From: Minisyncoccota bacterium
Lineage (GTDB): Bacteria > Patescibacteriota > Minisyncoccia > Phycocordibacterales > UBA9973
Length of the DNA stretch: 64,000 nt
Assembly (NCBI GenBank): GCA_031413715.1
Contig: JANOFO010000011.1
Location: forward strand, 18,903 to 82,902
Reading direction: 5' to 3'
Positions 8,276 through 16,877 of this stretch are shown piece by piece. The first letter of the stretch is position 1, and each line of letters starts with the position of its first letter. A program made the position numbers and the translations under genes. The notes under the pieces are model-generated. The model had not been told where the DNA came from. It did not search any database and saw only the letters and a program-made list of their open reading frames with translations.

Positions 8276-8899
8276 TTAGCCTATGATTTCAACCAAGGTT
8301 CCACGTCGTCCGGGAATTGCACCTTTGACTATTAATTGATTATTTTCTTTATCTATAGCAACTATTTCCAAGTTCTTGACTGTTATGCGGTCGCCACCTG
8401 TACGGCCAGCCATGCGCATACCTTTTGGAACTTTGTTACGTAGTCCTCCACCGATAGAACCTGGTTCACGCTCAGAGTGTTTCTGACCGTGAGAACGTGG
8501 GCCACCGTGGAATCCGTGGCGCTTCACGACACCTTGGAAACCTTTACCTTTTGAAAGACCAGTAACTGTAACGATGTCGCCTTTCGCAAACACATCAACA
8601 GTGATCCTGTCTCCAACTGCGATCTCTTCGATATCTCGGAATTCACGTAGATGCTTAAATGCTGTATTACCCTCTGCCCCTTTCTGCGAAGGAAGTGTGT
8701 GTCCGAGATGCGCTTTAGTAGCACGAGATGTTTTTTGTTCATCAAATGCTACTTGGATAGCTGTGTATCCATCTGTGTCAGGGTTTTTGACTTGAGTTAC
8801 TACCAATGGCCCCGCATCTACAACTGTAGCTGGGATCACTGTGCCATCAAGATCAAAGCACTGCATCATATGCTGTTTTTTACCAAGAATAAATTTCAT
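8276..8899 (-). CDS. rplC: 50S ribosomal protein L3
   Basis: 207 aa; MKFILGKKQHMMQCFDLDGTVIPATV canonical L3 N-terminus. Confidence 0.9.
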   Translation of the reverse strand: MKFILGKKQHMMQCFDLDGTVIPATVVDAGPLVVTQVKNPDTDGYTAIQVAFDEQKTSRATKAHLGHTLPSQKGAEGNTAFKHLREFRDIEEIAVGDRITVDVFAKGDIVTVTGLSKGKGFQGVVKRHGFHGGPRSHGQKHSEREPGSIGGGLRNKVPKGMRMAGRTGGDRITVKNLEIVAIDKENNQLIVKGAIPGRRGTLVEIIG

Positions 8900-8903
8900 A
8901 AAT

Positions 8904-8986
8904 GATTAGGTTCTAGTTTCGAGTGGCTAGTTTTTAGGGTCTGGGTCTTCTAGAACCTAGAAACTAATTACTAACAACTAATTAAT
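8904..8986. repeat. CTAG-rich intergenic spacer sharing motifs with 9362-9438
   Basis: Both spacers contain ttaggttctagtttc ... ctagaacctag ... actaacaactaatt(a/t)atttaa. Confidence 0.6.
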
Positions 8987-9361
8987 TTACATCATCTTCA
9001 CATCGATATCGACTCCAGATGGGAGGGATAGGTTTGTGAGAGCTTCGATTGTTTTTGGGTTTGGGTTAAGAATATCTATCACGCGCTTATGGATTCTGAT
9101 TTCAAACTGTTCACGCGCATTCTTGAAAACGAACGACGAGCGGTTGACCGTATACTTTTTAATCTCAGTTGGAAGTGGTATTGGCCCGACTATTTTTGCA
9201 TCATAGCGGAGAGCTGTATCGATAATCTGCTTGACGGATGCATCGAGAATCTTGTTCTCGTATGCGCGCACCCGAATGCGCAATTGGACAGTAGTTGCAT
9301 CTTCTTTCGCTTTTGCTTTCTTAACTACGGTTTTCTTTTTAGTTTTTAATGTTGTGGGCAT
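8987..9361 (-). CDS. rpsJ: 30S ribosomal protein S10 with Lys-rich N-terminal extension
   Basis: 124 aa; TTVQLRIRVRAYENKILD... S10 core. Confidence 0.85.
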   Translation of the reverse strand: MPTTLKTKKKTVVKKAKAKEDATTVQLRIRVRAYENKILDASVKQIIDTALRYDAKIVGPIPLPTEIKKYTVNRSSFVFKNAREQFEIRIHKRVIDILNPNPKTIEALTNLSLPSGVDIDVKMM

Positions 9362-9438
9362 ATCGTTAGGTTCTAGTTTCTAGGTTCTAGGTTCCTGTAT
9401 TTCTACTAGAACCTAGCCACTAGCTACTAACAACTAAT
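9362..9438. repeat. CTAG-rich intergenic spacer (tuf-rpsJ), paralogous to 8904-8986
   Basis: Shared motifs as above; unusual low-complexity CTAG content for an AT-rich genome. Confidence 0.6.
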
Positions 9439-10638
9439 TTATTTAATGATCTTTGTTACGACACCAGCGCCTACGGTCTTGCCACCTTCACGGATTGCGA
9501 AGTGCATAGACTCTTCGAGAGCAACCGGAGTAACAAGTTTGACTGAAAGTTTGACTGTATCACCTGGCATAACCATTTCGACTCCAGTAGGAAGTGTAGA
9601 TTCGCCAGTTACGTCTGTTGTACGTATGTAGAACTGAGGCTTGTATCCAGTAAAGAATGGAGTGTGGCGACCACCTTCCTCCTTTTTCAATATGTATACT
9701 TCACATTCAAATTCTGAATGAGGAGTAACTGTACCTGGCTTTGCAAGAACCTGACCGCGAGTGATGTCTTCTTTCTTGATACCACGGATTAGTATTCCAG
9801 CATTGTCGCCAGCCATACCTTCTTTCAAATTCTTGTTGAACATTTCAATGCCAGTGACTGTAGTCTTTGCAGTGTCCTTGATACCGACGATTTCTACATC
9901 CTCACCAACCTTGACGATTCCGCGTTCAATTTTACCTGTAACGACAGTACCGCGGCCTTCGATTGAGAAAATGTCCTCGATCGGCATAAGGAATGGCTTG
10001 ACGATGTCACGCTCTGGAACAGGGATGTATGTATCGAGTGCGTTTGCGAGTTCAAGTACTTTCATTGCCCATTCATCTGTATTGTCTTTTGCTTCAAGAG
10101 CTTTGAGACCTGAACCACGGATAACTGGAGCATTTGCGCCATCAAAGCCTTGTTTTGTAAGGAGTTCTCGGATTTCTTCTTCGACTAGATCAATCATGTC
10201 TTTATCATCAACCATGTCGCACTTGTTCAGAAATACGATGATTTTTGGTACACCCACTTGCTTAGCAAGGAGGACGTGTTCACGAGTCTGAGGCATCGCG
10301 CCATCAGTTGCAGCAACGACAAGTACCGCGCCGTCCATCTGAGCAGCACCTGTAATCATGTTCTTTATATAGTCCGCGTGACCTGGAGCGTCGATGTGCG
10401 CATAGTGACGAGCTGGAGTCCAGTATTCGTTGTGAGAAAGAGCGATCGTGATACCACGAGCTTTTTCTTCAGGAGCTGAGTCGATTTGATCTACGCCTTT
10501 AATTTTCGCACCGTATCCTTCACCTTGACGTGAGAGGACTTGGAGGATTGCCGCTGTAAGTGTAGTTTTTCCATGGTCAACGTGACCAATAGTTCCCACA
10601 TTTACGTGTGGCTTATCTCTGTTAAATTCTTCTGCCAT
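9439..10638 (-). CDS. tuf: Elongation factor Tu
   Basis: Start at ATG 10636-10638: [27 protein letters not shown]...; full GTPase and domains II/III. Confidence 0.95.
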   Translation of the reverse strand: MAEEFNRDKPHVNVGTIGHVDHGKTTLTAAILQVLSRQGEGYGAKIKGVDQIDSAPEEKARGITIALSHNEYWTPARHYAHIDAPGHADYIKNMITGAAQMDGAVLVVAATDGAMPQTREHVLLAKQVGVPKIIVFLNKCDMVDDKDMIDLVEEEIRELLTKQGFDGANAPVIRGSGLKALEAKDNTDEWAMKVLELANALDTYIPVPERDIVKPFLMPIEDIFSIEGRGTVVTGKIERGIVKVGEDVEIVGIKDTAKTTVTGIEMFNKNLKEGMAGDNAGILIRGIKKEDITRGQVLAKPGTVTPHSEFECEVYILKKEEGGRHTPFFTGYKPQFYIRTTDVTGESTLPTGVEMVMPGDTVKLSVKLVTPVALEESMHFAIREGGKTVGAGVVTKIIK

Positions 10639-10760
10639 ATATTTTATTGGTTGAGAGCGATAACGGAGCTTTTTTTGATGCTCTATTACAACTGCCAACA
10701 TAAATTAATAATAAATTAAAGGTGCTCCAACAAAAGTCAGAGTAAATCCCAATGACTCTC

Positions 10761-10788
10761 ATACTAGCAAATCTAAAAATAAAGTCAA
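10761..10788 (-). promoter_or_regulatory. Promoter candidate TTGACT-N16-TGcTAGTAT upstream of tuf
   Basis: Minus strand TTGACTttatttttagatttgcTAGTAT, near-identical to the rpsS copy. Confidence 0.5.
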
Positions 10789-10800
10789 ATCGATAGCCTG

Positions 10801-10840
10801 AACAACAAAACACCCCGAGATCTCGAGGTGTTTTGTTGTT
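10801..10840. terminator. Long perfect hairpin (14-bp arms aacaacaaaacacc / ggtgttttgttgtt) downstream of the 10842-11894 gene
   Basis: Seen directly; T-rich flank on plus strand. Confidence 0.6.
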
Positions 10841-10841
10841 T

Positions 10842-11894
10842 TTATACTTCTATTTCTTTTATCTTCACATCTTTCTCACTATCATCAAGAGGATCATACG
10901 TAGCGTTATTGTCTGGGTCTTTATCGCTGTGACATCCTGGGTCTTGAGTATCTTTTAATTCATCTTCAACATCATTATTATCAACATCATCACTACACTC
11001 TGGATCATCTCCGCCTCCACCACCTAGAGGTTCAGAACAGGATGCAGTGGTACCACCACCAGAACCAACACAACTCCATGTCCATGGGCCAGATCCTGCA
11101 TTATTTGCAGATGATCCTGCATTACAATTAAAGTGTGTAGAAGCACAGATACCATTGACGACAGTAACGGCGCAGACACTTCCATTCCACCAACTGCCCG
11201 ATGCACATATTGCGGTTGCTGTTTTACTACTCAACACTGTTGCCCCATCTTTGAGATTAAATACGGTGGATGGATTAGCAACCCACACTTGAAGAGGGGT
11301 AGCTTTATTGGCAAGTGTGGAAAGGACGCTACTAGTGTTTGCATCTACAAGTTGCGGATTTGTTGCACCAGTTGTATTCCATGTCGCGCCTGTAACCGTA
11401 CAAGTACTTGCGCCGATTGATATCGTACACGTATTCGGCGATACAGTAAGTGAACCAGAAGAAGATGAACCTCCTTCATCAGTTACAACGATGTCTACTG
11501 CATCAAATGCAGAACCTCCCTGATTATCACTTGCACTAAAACGCACTGTATATGTTCCTGGGACCGTCATTCCTGTGATACTTGTTGTAGATGCATTCGG
11601 AGAGGATATAATGGGTGTTACGGGACCAGTCCTGAAATACCAAAGCTGACTCGCGATCGTGCCGTCTGGGTCCGTTGCAGTACCAGTAAGTGTGACAGAA
11701 CTCGTAGGCAGTGTTATCGCTTGGTCAGGACCGGCATTTACTATTGGAGGAAGATTAGGAACTTCAACAGTATACGGGATAGAATAATCGTATTGAGTCC
11801 AACCGGCAGATGTGAGTTTTGGAGAAATCAAGATCGCTAGTACGAAAACAAATCCTAAGGTAATATATTTTTTATTTTTTGAGATTTTTTTCAT
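10842..11894 (-). CDS. Secreted/surface protein with PKD/Ig-like repeat and Cys-rich, acidic C-terminus
   Basis: Signal peptide MKKISKNKKYITLGFVFVLAILISP; NAGPDQAITLPTSSVTLTGTATDPDG PKD-like motif; 14 Cys in the C-terminal third; poly-D/E tail. Confidence 0.7.
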   Translation of the reverse strand: MKKISKNKKYITLGFVFVLAILISPKLTSAGWTQYDYSIPYTVEVPNLPPIVNAGPDQAITLPTSSVTLTGTATDPDGTIASQLWYFRTGPVTPIISSPNASTTSITGMTVPGTYTVRFSASDNQGGSAFDAVDIVVTDEGGSSSSGSLTVSPNTCTISIGASTCTVTGATWNTTGATNPQLVDANTSSVLSTLANKATPLQVWVANPSTVFNLKDGATVLSSKTATAICASGSWWNGSVCAVTVVNGICASTHFNCNAGSSANNAGSGPWTWSCVGSGGGTTASCSEPLGGGGGDDPECSDDVDNNDVEDELKDTQDPGCHSDKDPDNNATYDPLDDSEKDVKIKEIEV

Positions 11895-11898
11895 ATAT

Positions 11899-14229
11899 TT
11901 AGTTACATTTTTTCAAACTATTTGTAGAACAATACATCCCACCTCCAATAGTACATGTACCCGGGAGAGTAGTCGGATTACCCGAACATGTAAGTGCACA
12001 AACTCCTGTGTCACCCCCAAGTACAGGCTGTCCGTACGCAGGATTTTGTATATCGTCGTAGACACAAGGCTGCGTCTCCCCACAAGCAGGGAGAGAACCT
12101 CCACATTGCTGTTTGTTGTGAACAAGATAATCGTCGGCATAGTATGTATGATCGCCATCGAGAATGAAGTTATACAGATCGGTATTTTCTTTTGCTTCAT
12201 AACTAGCATCGACGGACTCAAGTTTTACAACCCCTTCCGATGTGATAAGTGTGTCTCCAACTGCGAGTTCTGTAACTTCAATACCAATATTTTCTTTTTC
12301 AGTTTTCTTTGGATCGATAGACTTCCATCCATCCATCGTTTTGAATGGGTGCTCTGCAGTTACGAAGTGTTTGCCCCCATTGAATGAATAGAGTGCTCCT
12401 CCTTCTAGCTTTGGTCTATGAAATGCAAGAACCGTATTGTTGCTAGTCTCTCCTTTCAATACATCTCCAATTTTGATGTCTTGAATATTTTTCTTTGTTC
12501 CATTAGCAAGCGTCACAAGCGTGTCGGCGATAAAACAATGGGCATAGTATCCAGGATCACCGCCAGGTGGTGTATCAAGAATAACAATGTCATTTTCAAA
12601 GACGCCAGTTGAGAAATCGACGAGGTATGAACCAGGGGTAGAAGGGGCACCAGGGTTAACAAATGCGTCATATACAGTTAGAATTGTGTCTCCTCCTCCA
12701 ATAGTTTGATCTGGAATTAATGTAAGTGTTGAATTTCCTGTTGTAGTTGCTTTTAGGTTAACCAGATTAGAATAAGTTGCGTTTGATACCATTGATGCTG
12801 AGACAGTTATTGGAGTCCCTGGTAAATAATTTGAACTATCTGTAGTTACTGTAGATAGTAAATCCCCGGTAGCACCAGCTGGGTATGTGGTAGCACTTAC
12901 TTTGTGAGCTGGTAACGCTCCTCCTAGCACTGTGAGTATAAAGAATAATACCCCAAGATGGACAGAGTTACCTTTTTTCTTTTTCATCATATATATTGCA
13001 ATGATTATAAGTACAATAACGAGAATTAGCGTAGCACGTGAGTTAAGTGGTTTTGATCCAGAAGATTGAACGCTTTTAAATGCAAAGTCTTTCTGATCAA
13101 GCACAGTCCCTAGACTATCGGCAAGTGCAAGAGAGACTTGCGGGTTGCGACAGAGCCCAGTCACTAAAATAGGAACGTCGGTCACTGGCCGGCTAGGGTC
13201 TTTGGTGATAACCTGGTTGAAAGTTTCACCGCATGACATACCATTTCCATTACTCAAATGTGCAGAGAGGGAGATGACAGCCTTTTCTGGGGATATTGCA
13301 TGAACATCGGTTCTCAAGAACTGATCTCCGAATTTTGTCCATATGAGTGAAAGATGCGCGGTATCGCCTCTCTGATACAAATCTTTATCAAGAGAAAGAT
13401 TTTGGATTGTAGCGCTTGTTCCGCGGATAAAATAATGAAGATCAATCGGATTGGAATTAACTTGCTCACTTGTAAGCGCTACCTTTAGGTCATAGAGCTG
13501 AGGGATTGTTCCCTTTGGCAATAGTATTGAAAAATTTTCGCTCTTTGATGCGACAAATGAAATAGAGCTCGCGTCGCCTCCTGTAGATGGAGCAATGTCT
13601 CCATAAGTAGATCGATATCTTGTTTCAAACGATGGGGTAAGAGAGAGGGCATTATTTGTATGGTTAATTGTATTACATGTGAGGCGAAGGGTTTCATCTG
13701 GTGAAATATCTACACCTTGTAAAAGTCCATAATGTTTGTTGCTCTTTTCGCCTTCAACTTTCAAATAACATGAACTGGTAACTACTTCAAAACCTTTTAT
13801 CGTGGAGTTGAGTGTGACCTTACCTGTGAATGCGACACTGAACGGAAATCCATTCTTGTTATTACTTACCAAGAATAAATTATAGGTGCCATTTAATTCC
13901 TTAGGCGCGGTATAAGTGATTTCCTTGGGGATACTGCTATGTTCTTGCAGGGTAAGTGACTCATCATACGCTTTCTCATCAACGATAGCGTTCCCCGATA
14001 TAAGCTGGACTCCGTATTTGACCCCAGTCTGCTGTCCTTCACGATTTGTGAGATCAAACGAGATATCAAAAACGTTATCCTTCTGAGAAATAATTTTTGC
14101 ATGTTGAATATCTACTGTGGCAATAGGAGTACTTGGTGAGGTAGTACTAGCCGCAAAAGCATTCTGTGAGAAAAAGGCTGAGGAAAAAACGAAAGCGCTG
14201 AAAATTAAAAACGTAGAGATATTCTTCAT
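11899..14229 (-). CDS. Large secreted/membrane protein with C-terminal Hint (pretoxin-HINT / bacterial intein-like) domain and 71-aa Cys-rich tail
   Basis: N-terminal signal peptide; internal TM (aa 399-413) followed by a signal-peptide-like segment (MMKKKKGNSVHLGVLFFILTVLGGALPAHKVSA); Hint blocks CFIADTLVTLANG (aa 565), VTAEHP, and ...DGDHTYYADDYLVHN (aa 705); tail with 8 Cys. Confidence 0.75.
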   Translation of the reverse strand: MKNISTFLIFSAFVFSSAFFSQNAFAASTTSPSTPIATVDIQHAKIISQKDNVFDISFDLTNREGQQTGVKYGVQLISGNAIVDEKAYDESLTLQEHSSIPKEITYTAPKELNGTYNLFLVSNNKNGFPFSVAFTGKVTLNSTIKGFEVVTSSCYLKVEGEKSNKHYGLLQGVDISPDETLRLTCNTINHTNNALSLTPSFETRYRSTYGDIAPSTGGDASSISFVASKSENFSILLPKGTIPQLYDLKVALTSEQVNSNPIDLHYFIRGTSATIQNLSLDKDLYQRGDTAHLSLIWTKFGDQFLRTDVHAISPEKAVISLSAHLSNGNGMSCGETFNQVITKDPSRPVTDVPILVTGLCRNPQVSLALADSLGTVLDQKDFAFKSVQSSGSKPLNSRATLILVIVLIIIAIYMMKKKKGNSVHLGVLFFILTVLGGALPAHKVSATTYPAGATGDLLSTVTTDSSNYLPGTPITVSASMVSNATYSNLVNLKATTTGNSTLTLIPDQTIGGGDTILTVYDAFVNPGAPSTPGSYLVDFSTGVFENDIVILDTPPGGDPGYYAHCFIADTLVTLANGTKKNIQDIKIGDVLKGETSNNTVLAFHRPKLEGGALYSFNGGKHFVTAEHPFKTMDGWKSIDPKKTEKENIGIEVTELAVGDTLITSEGVVKLESVDASYEAKENTDLYNFILDGDHTYYADDYLVHNKQQCGGSLPACGETQPCVYDDIQNPAYGQPVLGGDTGVCALTCSGNPTTLPGTCTIGGGMYCSTNSLKKCN

Positions 14230-14302
14230 AAATTAGAAATATATTGATTTAATATTACTCACTAAGTATACCATTTTCTCTTTGTAAAAGTTATCCACAA
14301 AT

Positions 14303-14330
14303 AAAAAAGTCGCTCCTGAATTGGAGCGAC
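14303..14330 (-). terminator. Rho-independent terminator after the lipoprotein gene
   Basis: Minus strand gtcgctcc-aattca-ggagcgac followed by TTTTTTATTTG. Confidence 0.6.
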
Positions 14331-14365
14331 GTTGATGTATTCGAACATACAATCTACGAAAAGCA

Positions 14366-15097
14366 CTAATTACTGACACGGATAAACTCCTGTGTATGGA
14401 TAACCATAAGATAAGGAGGGTTTAACGCTGGTTTTTGCATATGCCTCTTAAATCCACTTTCGTTAATCCAGTCCATAATCCAGTCGTCTCCCGCAATCAA
14501 ATGTACGTTTGAGGTCCACTCATTGGCTAAGGAGTACTTAGCTCGGTATTCAAAACCAGTTCCATTGTATAAAGATACATACACAGAATCATTGGTCTTA
14601 AAACGTAAAGTGTCCTTGTTAAGGGGGGCCGGAAATACCTGTGTAGAATCAACAATCTGTGTTGTGTAACTCGACATTGTAAACCGGCCTGTTTGGCATA
14701 GCCCTGTTCTGGGCGGTGAAAAGGCATAAACTACGACAGATTTTTCAAGGTAACCCCCGGTACTGTTTTTTGCATAGATTTTAATCTCCAATTCTGGCTG
14801 TTGCAGGTTTTCGGTCTGGACTATCAGCACCCCATTTGAGAACGTATAGGGCCGATTAGACCAGATGGAATCAACATCCGCTACTATAGTAGCAGTAACA
14901 TTTCCGCTTCCTGCGAACCAAAAAGTTGGTGGCACAGTAACGGTAAAGTTTGGTGTTTTCACCACTGGTTTTGGGTCAGGCTCTCCTCCTCCAGGAGGCT
15001 TGGGTAATGATTTGTTGTCGGGTGTGCAGCTGTTGAAAGTCAACAGCGCAATAAAGACAAAAGCTGTAGCCAAAAGGCTGTTGAAATTCTTTTTCAT
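14366..15097 (-). CDS. Putative lipoprotein / secreted protein
   Basis: MKKNFNSLLATAFVFIALLTFNSC signal peptide with Cys at end of h-region; no recognizable domain. Confidence 0.6.
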   Translation of the reverse strand: MKKNFNSLLATAFVFIALLTFNSCTPDNKSLPKPPGGGEPDPKPVVKTPNFTVTVPPTFWFAGSGNVTATIVADVDSIWSNRPYTFSNGVLIVQTENLQQPELEIKIYAKNSTGGYLEKSVVVYAFSPPRTGLCQTGRFTMSSYTTQIVDSTQVFPAPLNKDTLRFKTNDSVYVSLYNGTGFEYRAKYSLANEWTSNVHLIAGDDWIMDWINESGFKRHMQKPALNPPYLMVIHTQEFIRVSN

Positions 15098-15337
15098 AAT
15101 AACTGCTGTTTTATTTTGTTTTAGAAAATTATTGTTTCTTCGAAGGCGATTCTAGCCTTAGAAATTAAGACGAAGATTGCCTTCGAACAAACCTAAAACC
15201 TATTTTCAAAGGGCGCTTTTACGCTTTAGACAGCATAATTAGCTTCATGTCAAGTATACCCCCAATATAGCCTTTTGTCAACCCCCACACCCCCTGTTTT
15301 TCCACATTTTATCCACAGGTAAAAGACAGAAATGAAA

Positions 15338-15372
15338 ATAGACAATATTTGATTTAATAAAATATTGTCTAT
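15338..15372 (-). terminator. Hairpin terminator after the RNHCP gene
   Basis: 11-bp stem atagacaatat / atattgtctat followed by T-rich tract on minus strand. Confidence 0.5.
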
Positions 15373-15385
15373 TTTTAAGGCAATT

Positions 15386-15901
15386 TTAATGATTCCTCAA
15401 TTTTCCATAAAGAAGTGTAAGTAAAATCTTTTCATCATCAACCAAAATTAAACCATTATCTCTTATCTTCTTAAATAGTTTGGTGTCTAATTTTCGACTC
15501 TGAAAGAAAAGATTCATGATAGTCCGCTCATCATCCTCAGCTGATATACGGTTTATATTTAACTTTCCGCATTTTTGACAATCATGAATAATCATAACCT
15601 CACCACCATCTTTCTTTAAAGAAATACCTAATGGCTTCATAGAAGCATGACATTCTGACTTACGATCTCCCGGACTGACATCAACATGAAGAGAATATAA
15701 ACAGTATGGGCAATGGTTACGATGCTTAGTAGAAGTTGAATCCGACGGAATCTCTCTTCTGCAATGTTTACAGCGGAAACTTTCTGCTCGTAGCTGTAAT
15801 ATCATCTTTTTACCCATCTTTGAAATTTTCTTTGGATCTTTTTTTATTAAGGACGAGTCGTCATCAAAAGTCTTTTTTTTACTGAATTTTTGATATCCCA
15901 T
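15386..15901 (-). CDS. RNHCP-domain zinc-ribbon protein
   Basis: Literal RNHCP motif in KHRNHCPYCLYSLHVD plus CKHCRRE and HDCQKCGK Cys pairs. Confidence 0.7.
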   Translation of the reverse strand: MGYQKFSKKKTFDDDSSLIKKDPKKISKMGKKMILQLRAESFRCKHCRREIPSDSTSTKHRNHCPYCLYSLHVDVSPGDRKSECHASMKPLGISLKKDGGEVMIIHDCQKCGKLNINRISAEDDERTIMNLFFQSRKLDTKLFKKIRDNGLILVDDEKILLTLLYGKLRNH

Positions 15902-15994
15902 GATCTTATATTTTGTTGTATTGTACTACAATTCTTGTATAAGTCAAATTGACATATGTTGAAAATTATTTTATAGTAAATAAAAATAATTAAC

Positions 15995-16849
15995 ATGAAA
16001 ATAGAAATACTTGGCAGTGGCGGTTCAATCGTAACTCCGCGCCCAGGGTGTTATTGCGAGTCTTGCGTTAAAGCACGGACGTATGGTGCACCTTTCGTCA
16101 GAACAGGACCTTCAGTTTTCATTCATGATTATTCAATCTTGATAGATACGCCAGAAGATATCAGTGTTCAGTTGAATCGTTCTAAAATAGATACCATTGA
16201 CCATTGTTTATATTCGCACTGGCATGGCGATCATGTTTTAGGAAGAAGGATCTGGTACACACTTAATTATGATTTTGTAAACAAGAATCCCGTTCACAGA
16301 AAAACTATTGTTCATTTAACAGAAACTGAAGAGATTGATTTTCGAAACCACCTTGGACATCTCGACCATTTCAAAAAACTTGAGAATGAAGAGCTTATTC
16401 AGCTTTCTATCGAAAAGAATAATAAGCCTTTCTTTATCGAAGATTTGAAAATACAGCCCTATCCTCTGGCAGACAAGAGTGTTTTTGCTTTCTTATTTAA
16501 AGAAGGAGGTAAACAGATAGGTATCGCTATGGATGATTTATACAGATGGAAGCCGTCTGTCGCTTTTAATAACTTAGATCTATTAATCTTGCCAATTGGA
16601 ATCTTTGATTCGCACCCTATGACTGGAAAGCAATTGATGGATCCTGAGCATCACCTTCTAAAAGGCGAACTTACATTTAAAAGCACCTTGGCTTTACTTA
16701 AAAAGTTAAATCCTAAGCGAGTTGTGTTCATGCACATAGAAGAACATGATCAGATCAGTTTTGAGTCTTTAGGGTGTATTGGGAAAAAATTCAGTTCTAA
16801 GAGATGCCAAATTCTTTGTTCTTATGACGGAATGACAATAACAATCTGA
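15995..16849 (+). CDS. MBL-fold metallo-hydrolase (PhnP/PqqB-like subgroup)
   Basis: N-terminal ILGSGGS...PGCYCESC Cys cluster and SHWHGDH metal-binding motif. Confidence 0.7.
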   Translation: MKIEILGSGGSIVTPRPGCYCESCVKARTYGAPFVRTGPSVFIHDYSILIDTPEDISVQLNRSKIDTIDHCLYSHWHGDHVLGRRIWYTLNYDFVNKNPVHRKTIVHLTETEEIDFRNHLGHLDHFKKLENEELIQLSIEKNNKPFFIEDLKIQPYPLADKSVFAFLFKEGGKQIGIAMDDLYRWKPSVAFNNLDLLILPIGIFDSHPMTGKQLMDPEHHLLKGELTFKSTLALLKKLNPKRVVFMHIEEHDQISFESLGCIGKKFSSKRCQILCSYDGMTITI

Positions 16850-16877
16850 GTATGAAATCTTAAACAGGAGGGACTAA

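Noticed and set aside
8904-9438. Possibility that the CTAG-rich repeated spacers are a CRISPR array
   Set aside because: Only two or three imperfect copies, no regular repeat-spacer periodicity, no cas genes. Better described as paralogous intergenic motifs.
9761-10291. 176-aa plus-strand ORF inside tuf (also 9446-9631 and 10258-10479)
   Set aside because: Antisense to the highly conserved EF-Tu coding sequence; low-complexity Ser/Thr/Ile-rich translation; spurious.
15139-15187. 12-bp inverted repeat ttcgaaggcgat / attgccttcgaa with 25-nt loop
   Set aside because: Single mismatch and large loop; no T-run; could be a weak terminator or operator but evidence insufficient to call.
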